Shown one piece after another: positions 1 through 10,563 of a stretch of 64,000 nt of DNA (the first letter of the stretch is position 1; every line of letters begins with the position of its first letter). This stretch comes from Macrostomum hystrix (taxonomy: Eukaryota; Animalia; Platyhelminthes), in contig CATNEN010000038.1 of assembly GCA_950097015.1 (NCBI GenBank), forward strand, positions 28,396,001 to 28,460,000, given 5' to 3'. The notes below the pieces were generated by a model, which was given only the letters and a program-made list of their open reading frames with translations, did not search any database and had not been told where the DNA came from. The translations under genes and the position numbers were made by a program.

Positions 1-290
1 TCCTATGCAGGAGCTGCAATGACCGGTGTGTCTACATTGGAGAGACAGGAGTGGCTCTCAAGGTTCGATTACAAGCCCACCTAAGCGACATCAAACTGGC
101 CAAGGACACCCCCGGTCTCAAGGCATTTCCGCTCCTCAGGCCACAGCTCGCTGGATTTGCGTTTGATGGGTCTTTGGTACCTCAGCCCTGAATGCAGGCA
201 GGAGACTCAACGCAAGAGAAGAGACATGGAGCTCAAACTCATTAACCTCCTACAAACTCAGATCCCTGCAGGTCTCAACTCCATTGACAC
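1..290 (+). mobile_element. Penelope-like retroelement remnant, C-terminal GIY-YIG endonuclease (frameshifted)
   Basis: The frame from nt 3 reads LCRSCNDRCVYIGETGVALKVRLQAHLSDIK. After a +1 shift in the C-run near nt 110 it continues PVSRHFRSSGHS...ELKLINLLQTQIPAGLN. The YIGETG..L..R...H, HF...H and P.GLN motifs are typical of PLE GIY-YIG domains. Confidence 0.8.
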
Positions 291-1063
291 TAATCGAAGT
301 GCGTGCGTCCCTATAATCATTCCTACACGGACCACTCTGGGCGCATTGTACACAAAGTCCGTTCAGTTATGACTGACCATGCAGCGACGTGAACACGGTG
401 GTGTTTTCTACGCTCGTATGTCCATCCAAACTCCCTCCGCTAACGAATGCTCAATAACTCACCTCAACCCTTTGCAGGTCTCTAACCGCACGCGACAAAA
501 ATAAACTTATTTTAACGTGCCCATTGAACTTTTACTTGCATCTCATCAATAGTTTTAACCTCCTATGCTTATTTAAGCGCGCCTAAATACAATCTCAATA
601 AATCAATAAATCTATCTATCTATTAGTCCCAGCCTATACTCACCGCAGTCATCGAAGCAGGCAAACAGTCCGTGTTGAAATTCCATCACTTCTGGTTCGG
701 TCATTTGTAACGTTTCCCTGGGCTACTAAATATTTGGCTTAATATCACTGCTGGTATTTTCTAGACAGTTCTAACAGAGTTCATTTTTGTGTTTAATCTC
801 ATGCAAAATTTCGGCACCTTATAGCTCGTAGCAGCATAGAAAAGTATTTTTCTATGGACTAGATAAGTTATCAAAGTAAAACCAACTCAAATTTGAGCTA
901 GACTGAAAAATTGTACACGCTGACAAAATGCTATCATGAAAGCCCACAGCAGATATATGAGTAAGCTTCGACATGACTAGCTGCTTCTGGCAGGAAAAAA
1001 GCACAATTGTACAGAAGGATAAATATTACTCGCCTGCTTTACTAATGACCCCCAGTCTTAAAA

Positions 1064-1858
1064 ATGACCTCCGCTAACCTTAAAGTGACCTCCACTAACC
1101 TTAAAGTGACCTCCGCTAACCTTAAAGTGACCTCCGCTATCCTTAAAGTGATCTCCGCTAACCTTAAAGTGACCTCCGCTAACCTTAAAGTGACCTCCGC
1201 TAACCTTAAAGTGACCTCCGCTAACCTTAACGTGACCTCCGCTAACCTTAAAGTGACCTCCGCTAACCTTAAAGTGACCTCCGCTAACCTTAAAGTGACC
1301 TCCGCTAACCTTAAAGTAGCGGATCTCCGCTTACCTTAAAGTGATCTCCGCTAACCTTAAAGTGACCTCCGCTAACCTTAAAGTGACCTCCGCTAACCTT
1401 AAAGTGATCTCCGCTAACCTTAAAGTGACCTCCGCTAACCTTAAAGTGACCTCCGCTAACCTTAAAGTGATCTCCGCTAACCTTAAAGTGACCTCCGCTA
1501 ACCTTAAAGTGACCTACGCTAACTTAAAAATGACCTCTGCTAGTTTGAAATCGACCTCCGCGAGCTTAAAAGTGACCTCCGCTAACTTTAAAGTGACCTC
1601 CGCTAACGTTGAAATAGACCTCCGCTAACCTGAAAGTGACCTCCACTAGCTTGAAAGTGACCTCCACTAGCTTGAAAGTGACCTCCACTAGCTTGAAAGT
1701 GACCTCCACTAGCTTGAAAGTGACCTCCACTAGCTTGAAAGTGACCTCCACTAGCTTGAAAGTGACCTCCACTAGCTTGAAAGTGACCTCCACTAGCTTG
1801 AAAGTGACCTCCACTAGCTTGAAAGTGACCTCCGCTAACTTAAAAGTGACCTCTGCTA
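1064..1858. repeat. 21-bp minisatellite (GTGACCTCCGCTAACCTTAAA, variant GTGACCTCCACTAGCTTGAAA)
   Basis: Tandem array visible directly. It produces the spurious (TSANLKV)n ORFs. Confidence 0.95.
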
Positions 1859-2249
1859 AATATTGTCAAATTTTCTACTTTATGATGGTATAAGGAAAAA
1901 ATCACGTTCTTAAATTAGTAAAATATATGTTTTCTTGCACGATTACTAGTTGCGCTAGCATCAGAAAAATAGCGTATTTGATAATTTATCAGTAATTTAT
2001 TGCTGTTCAAACATAACAGCAAAGATTAAAAAACCAAAATTATTTTATCGGATACTATTATATGCTACTACTGACAGCTGAGTAGCATCAATGCGTGTGT
2101 GCAGCCCTTTTTACCAGGAAGGAATGTAAAAAATAACGACTGGTCAAATATCGAAAAGCTAAAAAAATATTATTAACTTCTTTGAACGAAAACAGGCAAT
2201 ATGAAAAAGGTGAAAAGTAAGAAAGCTTCACTTCACACTTATCAACGAA

Positions 2250-5200
2250 TTAATTTTCGCAAAGCTTAGCCAGTTCTTCAAATTCACCTTGAAAGTGCTT
2301 GTAGTTCTTCTGGCCGTCAGCCATTCTGAAATTTGGCAAAATTTTGTTTATTAATGCCAATTTATGACATTTAAAATTGAAGCAATAGATTCTGTGATTA
2401 AAATTCCTGATTTGCTCATTTTTAGTTTAGATAGCCATTTTTCATTCTAATTAGATAATGGTGAATTCTGGTGGGATAATTGAGAATTCTAATTGGCTAA
2501 TTGGCTAATAGAGAAGTCTAATTGGCTAATGGAAAATTCTAATTGGCTAATTGGTTAATGGAGAATTCTAATTGGCTACTGGAGAATTCTAATTGGCTAA
2601 TGGAGAATTCTAATTGGCTAATGGAGAATTCTAATTGGCTAATAGAGAATTCTAATTGGCTAATGGAGAATTCTAATTGGCTAATGGAGAATTCTAATTG
2701 GCTAATTGGTTAATGGAGAATTCTAATTGGCTAATGGATAATTCTAATTGGCTAATAGAGAATTCTAATTGGCTAATGGAGAATTCTAATTGGCTAATAG
2801 AGAATTCTAATTGGCTAATTGGTTAATGGAGAATTCTAATTGGCTAATGGAGAATTCTAATTTGATTTCGGAGATTTTACATTTGAAAATGGAAACTTCT
2901 TATTGGATATTAGTGAATTCTAAGTGGATAATGGAGAATTTACATTTGATAACGGAGAGTTCTAATTGTCTAATGGAGAATTCTAATTGGCTAATGGAGA
3001 ATTCTAATTGGATAATGGAATACTTCAATCTGATAATTAATAGTTCTATATGGATAATATAAAATTCAAATTTGATAGTGGGTAATATTGAGCAGTGAAT
3101 GCCATAAATTATTATTAAAAAAAAATTAGAATATTACTATTAGTCAACTCTTTATTCCTTTTGAATGACAAAATTTTTCATTTGTTTGTAGATAGTTTAG
3201 ATGGAAGTAATCTAAGTTGAATAAAGTTCGGGCACTCACTTGTCTTTTATGTGCCGCAGCTTCTCCTCTAGTTTTCGCTTCTCCTGTCTCAGCTTGTCCA
3301 ACTCGTCATCGTTCTCCCTGCGCAGCCTGTCCAGCTTGTCCTTCAGCTCGCGATTCTCCTCCTGTAGGCGGGCCTTCTCTTCGGCGTCGCGCCTGCGATC
3401 CTCCTTGGCCTTCTCCTCCTCCTCGCCGGCTCTGGCCAGCTCATCCCGCATCCGCTTGCTCTCCTCTCGCCGACGCTCGTTCTCGGCTTTCAATCGTTCG
3501 GCTTCGGCCTTGGCCTGGTCGCGCTCCTCTGACGCCGTCTTCAACTCTTCGCGGGTGTCTGCCAGCTTCTGCTGCAGGGTGGCCTGCTTCTGCTGCTGCT
3601 GCTGCTGCTGTTGCTTTTGCTCAACGGCAGCAGCAGCAGCGTACGGATCAGATCGGTCAGGAATGCGCTGAAATGGAAGTAGGTGAACAATACCAGGTGC
3701 TGTGGTAACTGGCGTACCATTTAGCGACAGTCGACCCAAACCGTGTAGGTGCGTACGTATGCACTGACTTTTCTACGTCGGGCATTGTACACTCTCATTG
3801 AGTATTGGAGGTTGGCGTAAATTATACAAACTGCCCCCCAAGCCTTCTCTCCGCCACACCTCGCCACGGAATCGAGCTCAGGGACCTTGGTACGAGAAGC
3901 AAAGGCGTTAGCGGCTCTGCCACTCACCCCGTAAAAATGACCCTTATAATGACCTCATGTGAGACAATGACCTTAATCGGGACCCTTCTCATGAAATTTA
4001 TCGAGTTCAATGACCCTGATTAAAAAAATGACCCTGCTGGACAAGCCTTCAAGCATTCTCTTCGGGGCTGACAATTAATGTGGCCTCGCCGCGGCAAAAG
4101 CGTTAATCATCCCGCTAGCAGTGTTCATCTAAGAAATACTTAACTCAGGCTTTCTTGAAGCCTCACCTGCATCTCAGATGCTCGCCTTGCATCCAGCCGC
4201 TTCTCAGAAGCTTCCACCGAGCCCTTCTCCAGGGCTACGTCGTTGCCTCCGACTCCGCCGGCGCCACCGTGGCCGCCGCCGCCAACTCCTACGTCTTCAG
4301 CGTCGTCCGCTAGACCACGACCCTTCCTATTGGCTCGCATCACCTGGTCACGAAGCACCTCCACCTTTGAGAATTGAGATCGAGTTGAGTAAAGAATGAC
4401 TAGGGTGAGAATCGGATAGGGTGAGAATCGGATAGGGTGAGAATCGGATAGGGTGAGAATCGGATGAGGGTGAGAATCGGATAGTTTAAATGTGCATAAT
4501 TCCAGGAAACAAGCAGGTGCGAACCTCGATTTCCAATACTCGATTTTTCCTCTTCTCATCCTCCAGCTCGAGCTCCAGAATTGCTTTCTCTTTTTTAACA
4601 GCGTTGGCAGACGAATAATAGGCCATGGTTGCCGTCGCCAGGTCATCGTCATCAGCGGCAGGGCCGTAGCCTCGCTGACTGGCTACCAGAGGTGGCTCCT
4701 CAGTTTCAGCAGCAGCAGCAGCAGCAGCCTGCAGTCGCTTCTGGACAGTCTTTGGATCTTTGCCGGCGACTAAGTCATCGATGGCCTTTTCAAGCTCTCG
4801 TCGTCGGGCCGACCAGCGGTCGCGCTCAGTGCGGTAGCGGTGCTGAAGCCTCTCAAGGTCTCTCTATGATTGGTCAGTTTTTTTCATTAGGTTGTAACTT
4901 TAGTGACTAGTAAATCCGTATTTTCCGGAAGGATCACTTTCAGCCAGTAACTTTCTGGAGTAAATTGTCTAAGGATTTCTGAGTTTAGGTTTCATAATTT
5001 TCTTATCTTGGGATTTTAGTATATTTGAATTAATTTTATTTAATGGGTTTTAGGATATTAAACTAAGCAACTCTAGGATTTAGAATTTTTAATAATTTTA
5101 TAATTTTAGAAACTCATGATTTTTCCATTTCAACATTTTATGAGTTCAGGATTTCAGGATTTTGGGATTTTAGGAAATTCAGGATTTCTGGATTTCAGAT

Positions 5201-7073
5201 TTTTTTCGTAGTTTGGAATTTTAGGATTCGGGATTTCCGGATCTCTGGATTTCAGGATCTCTGGATTTCAGGATCTCTGGATTTCAGGATCTCTGGATTT
5301 CAGGATCTCTGGATTTCAGGATCTCTGGATTTCAGGATCCATGGATTTCAGGATCTCTGGATTTCAGGCATTCAGGATTTCCGGATTTCGGGATTTAAGG
5401 ATTTCGCGATTTCAGGATTTTCGGGATTTTAGGATTTCAATATTTTGGGATTTTTGGGAATTCTGGATTTTTGGATTTTGGGAATTCTGGATTTTTGTAT
5501 TTTGGTTTTTCGGAGTTTGGGATTTTAGGATTCGGGATTTCAGGATTTCAGGATTTCGGGATTTTAGGATTTCGGGATTTTAGGATTTCGGGATTTCAGG
5601 ATTTCGGGATTTTAGGATTTCGGGATTTCAGGATTTCGGGATTTCAGGATTTTGGTTTTTCAGGATTCGCGATTTCAGGAATTAGCGATTTTAGGATTTC
5701 GGGAATTAAGGAATGCACCTGCGTGTCAAGGTCAGTCACCTTTAAAGCCGCCAGCTCGTTCATCAGCCGATCCACCTGCTGCTGTGTAGCCGGATCGCCG
5801 CCTTTGCCGCCGCCCGTCCGCGCCGCCGTTGCGGCCTCTTCGGCTTCGACCGCCCTGGCCAGCTGCTCCTCCTGCATGCGAATCCGCAGCTCCCGATTCT
5901 CCGATCTCAACGAGTCGAGCTCCTCGGCGTAGCTCGCCTCCGCACCGGCCTGCTTGTCGAGTCGGTCAGTGAGGTCGGCCAGTCGAGCCTGCAGGGCGGC
6001 GTTCTCGTAGGCCCAGGCGTCGCGCTCCTGGCGATATTTGAACTGTACCGTCTCCGCTTCGCCGCGCAGGGCGTAGATCTCTTCGAACAGTCGGTGAAGA
6101 TGCTGATCGGCCAATGGCGGTTGCTGCTGCGGTGGCTGCTGCTGCTCTGGCTCGACATAGTAGTACGGCTGTTGCAGCTGATGCGGCTGCTGAATAGGCG
6201 GTGACGATTGATACGGCTGGTTGGTAGATCTGTATGGCACCGACTGTCTCAGATGATGATGCTGCTGCTGCTGCTGTTGCTGATGAAGCGGCGGAGGCGG
6301 TGGCGGCAGTGCAAGCGGCTGCGACTTCGAAGCGACTTGCCTGTTTGGAAGCAATTAATTCGTGCTTGATCACGATATGAAATATTTGTTTTAAATAAGA
6401 AATAAAAGAATCGAAGAAATAAATGACATCTAATGCAGTTAGTAGGGCCGTGACTCGATCAAGTGTCTCGATTAACAGTAGAAAGACCAAGGGGGTATGT
6501 CAACTTAAGCCCGCGTACAGGGAAAAATAAGTTATTTGAAATATCTCTGTCGTCTTTCTATTGTTTATAAAAAAACTACTTCCCAACGACGGCGAATCGA
6601 ACTCCTGACCTCTCCTTCCGTTTTTAACTGTGCCTAAAGAGCAAATGTCGCTTTTCCAAGAAGCACGCACTAACCTACCTTCTATGGCCAAGCCTGTCCA
6701 GCTCGGCAGTTCGACCAGTCGCGACGGCTTCTCTGCTCTTGGCCGCATCGTGTTGACTCGGGCCAGCAGGCTGCGGCTGCTGAAGAGCAGCTTCGGCGCG
6801 CTGATTCCGCGTTTCTCTCTTGGCCGGCCATTTCACATTCAGCCGTTTGTCCTCCGGATGAATGGGGTGATTATCCGGGTAGTACTGCTGAGCTGTTGCC
6901 GACTTTGGCTTCCGCTGCTGCTGCTGCTGCTGCCGCCGCGTCGCAGCCGAGTTGGTTGGCATGTCCCAGAAGGTGTCAAATTCGTTGTCACCTTCGGCAA
7001 GAAACGATCCACCGTGCTGATGCTGCTGCTGCTGTTGCTGCTGCTCCTCCCGTTTGCCAAGCAGAAGAAACAT
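2250..7073 (-). CDS. Uncharacterised coiled-coil, polyQ-containing protein; 6 predicted coding exons
   Basis: Exons 7073-6679, 6340-5719, 4863-4525, 4364-4167, 3667-3240 and 2325-2250 join through GT-AG sites with consistent phases and end at TAA. The product is E/K/R-rich heptad sequence. The start codon at 7073 is uncertain and no family was recognised. Confidence 0.75.
2480..3010. repeat. 21-bp intronic minisatellite (GGAGAATTCTAATTGGCTAAT)
   Basis: Tandem array inside the last intron of the coiled-coil gene. Confidence 0.9.
3830..3929 (-). mobile_element. SINE family 1, tRNA-like head fragment
   Basis: The reverse strand reads GGGGTGAGTGGCAGAGCCGCTAACG...GGTCCCTGAGCTCGATTCC, matching the head of the fuller copy at 49205-49545. 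Confidence 0.7.
4400..4484. repeat. 16-bp intronic tandem repeat (TAGGGTGAGAATCGGA)
   Basis: About 5 visible copies. Confidence 0.9.
5140..5705. repeat. 8/16-bp intronic degenerate satellite (GGATTTCA/GGATCTCT/GGATTTCG)
   Basis: Tandem array visible directly. It gives the spurious FRISG ORFs. Confidence 0.9.
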
Positions 7074-7898
7074 GACTCGCTACTGACTCGGAGCTCAAAA
7101 TATTTTCTCCCTAACAATATCCCCTACTTAACTCGACGGAATGGCTAGAGAGAGAGAGAGGTGAGTGAGTGAGCTACTCAAGTGTTTAATCGAAAAGTGC
7201 TGCAGCTGCACCTTGCACTGTGTCCACTTTACTCGTTCCACTCCGTTTTTCCCTGACCCCTCCCCGACCATGTGAAGCGCTCAACAGACAGTTGTTGAAT
7301 ATGAGCTATGAGCAGATCTTAGCGGCACTTCATGCGTTTGGAGTCTTGTCCCTGGGGATCTGATATTGATCGGTGAAATTGCTCACAGGATCCTTGCATA
7401 GTTTCACTGTCCCTAAATGGGTCGATATCAAGGTATATTAGTAGTTTATTACTGAGCCGCGATTTACTATAACATTGTTTTTTGTATGGCTTAGTACGAA
7501 AGTTGTATTTCTTGTACTTCTTCTATATTTTCAGTTTGAATTTAGTGCTAATGTCCGCTGCAAGTATAATAGGACAATAAATATCATTCAAGTTTTGAGT
7601 CACACAGTCGCTTACTGCAGTTGAATGGGTTCTTAGACATTTTGTCTGCTAGAACTACTCTAAATAGACTATTTTTAAGCACGCTAGTCAAAAAATTAAC
7701 TTACCATCTGATAAGCATCTGATCTACTAGCTCGTAACAAGATGATAAAAAACTATCCAGAGTCAAACTCGCCTATATCTCACAAGCTGTGTTGTTTGCT
7801 CAGCTCACAAGCAGACCAAAATATAAAATATATCTGTTGCTTCAGATAATAATGCTCATTCACTAGTCAGAGTTAAAAGCTTTAGAAGTCTGGTAGCA

Positions 7899-8174
7899 AT
7901 GGGCTGCTGCTGTGCCAGTCTACCGAACCAAGTCCACAGCAGTCCGCTGCCTCAGATTGTTGTGACTCCAGCGACCTCCTCGAATTCAGCTACCGCCTTC
8001 TCGACGGCTGGGGCTGCCTGCGAGGCCAGCTCTAAAACCACCGCCGACTGCGAGAGTGTGGCAGAGTTCGTCGGCGGAAGAAGAAGAAGCAGCGGTAACA
8101 GTCTTCTGCTGCAGCACTTCCTGGTTGTTCAGAGGGCGCGGTATCGCATTCTTCTACCGGAGCCAGCTGACTAG
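7899..8174 (+). CDS. Putative 91-aa lipid-anchored microprotein with PxIxIT-like motif
   Basis: ATG in good context (GCAATGG), preceded by a possible acceptor AG. N-terminus MGCCC (myristoylation/palmitoylation type), PQIVVT motif, RRRSS site. GC-rich like the host exons. Confidence 0.5.
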   Translation: MGCCCASLPNQVHSSPLPQIVVTPATSSNSATAFSTAGAACEASSKTTADCESVAEFVGGRRRSSGNSLLLQHFLVVQRARYRILLPEPAD

Positions 8175-8184
8175 GCGGAGTTGA

Positions 8185-8425
8185 TTTGATGACACTAGAC
8201 CCGCAGCCAGTGAGGAGGCAATTCTGCCCATTTCGTTGACTCCTGAGAACACACACATACTGATACTGTACGCCGGCACACGCTCACACAGTCTCTCACA
8301 CTTTCTCGTTGTCAGGTAGTGTACACTCTCACTGTGCCTTGGAGGTTGGCCCTTAATGGCGTAAATTGCACGACAAGCCCCCAAGCCTTGTCTACGCGTC
8401 TACGCCCCAAATAAATGTGGCCTGC
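8185..8425 (-). mobile_element. SINE family 1 copy (body)
   Basis: Shares GACCCGCAGCCAGTGAGGAGGCAATTCTGCCCATTTCG and GGAGGTTGGCCC...AAATTGCACGACAAGCCCCCAAGCC blocks with the other copies. Confidence 0.8.
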
Positions 8426-8579
8426 CTTTGACCCCCATCATCAAAGTATACTTTAGATTTTTCTTTCATCACTTTCATTTCCAAGTTAATCGCCAAAAAA
8501 GCATTTCTATTTAACTCTGCTTTATTTCTTCATAATTATTATCGATATGCTTAAAATTAACTTTTTTATCAGTTCTATT

Positions 8580-8810
8580 AGGATGGCTGAGTGGTGAAGC
8601 GAACAAGCGGACCTGAGCTCGATTCTGCGAGGTTTGTCATGAAATTGAATTCGCCCTTGAAGGCCAACCTTAAATGCGTGTGTACTCTGCTTGACGATTA
8701 GAAAGTCAGGGCAGATGTACACACCTGTGTGAGCGTGCGCCTGTGTACGGTTTCTGTGTGTATGTGCTCAGGAGTGAGCGGTTGAATTGCCTCCTCGCTG
8801 GCTACAGCAT
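8580..8810 (+). mobile_element. SINE family 1 copy (degenerate)
   Basis: Contains GAAAGTCAGGGCAGATGTACACACCTGTGTGAGCG and GAATTGCCTCCTCGCTGGCT blocks. Confidence 0.75.
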
Positions 8811-9409
8811 TAACATTTATTTTCTTATTTGTTTGGGCAAATAAAATTATTAATGTTTTATACGAGCTACAAGCGTACTATGCTTCGCGTAACTAAAACG
8901 AGCATACTACTGCCACTTACCACTTGCTGAGTAGCTAAAATGGTATTTTCTATTAACTACCAGTTTTTTTCAGCCCACTGTATCTCACCCCTCTGTCTCA
9001 CCCCAGAATCAAGTCTAACCATGAATCAAAGTATCCCCACCTGAGTCTTCAATAAGCGCCTCGTGAAGAAAACTAAGCCCTTATTTTTGAATAATTAAAA
9101 CTGCAGAAAGATTAAGTTCACAAATGCAAATGTAGTTAGACTGGAAAACTGACTTGTCTTAAAGTCTGTAAATATTTACATGGAGTCGATTCGGCCAATT
9201 CCTATTGCTCCGCTAACAAGCTTCTATTCTCGAAGGATTATAACGCTCTTATTAGGTACTTAGATAGGTAGGCTATACCTGACAAAACGGGTGTATCATA
9301 ATCGGCTGTATTCAGGTATATTAAACCGTACAATAGGCGTGAAAAGATATCTAAGATGCTGATTTGAAAACAATTTTCAATAACTGTATTAATAATAATT
9401 AATAATTTC

Positions 9410-9690
9410 AAGACGGCTGCGGGCAATGGCACATCATTTTGTGTGTCAGCGAGGGTAGGCAGTCACAAGCTCACGCAGGTGTGTACATCTGCCCTAACTT
9501 TCTCATGGTCAGGGACAGGCAGTGTAAACTTTCACTGTGCCTTGGAGGTTGGCCCTCAAGGGCGGGAATTGCATGGCAAGCCACCAAGTCTTGTCCTCAA
9601 ACGAACGCGACCTCGCCGTGGAATCGAGTTCAGGGACCTTGGCGCGAGAGGCAAACGCGTTAGACCGCTCAGCCTTTCGCAACCCTCATA
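9410..9690 (-). mobile_element. SINE family 1 copy
   Basis: Contains the tRNA-like head (GGAATCGAGTTCAGGGACCTTGGCGCGAGAGGCAAACGCG on +) and body blocks. Confidence 0.75.
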
Positions 9691-10073
9691 AATATAATTG
9701 ATGCAATTTAGAATTTTCTATTCAAAATCTACAATAAATTTCCACTTCAAAACGAAACAAGCAAAATGAATTTCAAATTAGAGCAAGAAATTTATTTTAG
9801 AAAACCAAGCAAATAAAAAAGCGGAAATCAGTAATAAAAACATGATTGGTTTCTCATTAACAACCGGCGCTTGGCTGCTTGATCAATTAGGGTTGGTTAA
9901 AATGGCATTTAAAATTCTTCCCAATCAGAAATGACCGAGCTTCAAACCTTGAACCTGACTTCCGGACTTTGCAGCATTTAAGCAGGCAAGTCCCTTGCCA
10001 CCGAAAACTCAACACTTCTGCAACTTACTGCGAATTTTGAATAACCTGTGCAGTTCCGAGACTAACAAAAGCC

Positions 10074-10251
10074 ATGCTTAGAATTCTCACCGTTGCTGTC
10101 CTTCTGGTCTACGCTGCTCAGCTGACTGATGCGTTCGCCTGCTTCTGCGACGGACAAAATCGGTGTATTGGTTCCCATTTGGTGCCAGAAAGTCATCCGA
10201 GTCTCTGAGTGTCTAACAACAGTTACTGTTTGTCCTGCTAATTCTTTTTGA
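10074..10251 (+). pseudogene. Cysteine-rich secreted peptide copy A (frameshifted)
   Basis: Reads MLRILTVAVLLVYAAQLTDAFACFCDGQNRCIG, then stops at 10208. A +1 shift restores PIWCQKVIRVSECLTTVTVCPANSF* and six cysteines. Same upstream module as copies B-E. Not in the ORF track. Confidence 0.75.
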
Positions 10252-10563
10252 GGCGCTCGGTCAGCAAAACAAATATACACTGAGCGTTTGAAAGCCTGCA
10301 TCACTGCAGTGATCCGTGTTCAACATATCTTGTCAAAATAGTGGTAGCTTTTCCAGGTTAATATCCGATAAGTATCTGATTAGTCGGTTAGAGTGCACAC
10401 TAATGCCCGACAATGAAAACCTGCGTGAGTATGTGCTCAGGAGACAGCGGATGTAGGCAGAATCATACGAGGGTTGTGTCATAAATTCGCTGACAAACTT
10501 ACATAGCGTCTGTTTCTTTTGTACTTTGGGGGCAGAATTTTTTTATACAGACTAAGGCACCAT

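Noticed and set aside
290-625. Hammerhead ribozyme expected in a Penelope terminal repeat
   Set aside because: No CTGANGA...GAAA core with flanking stems was seen.
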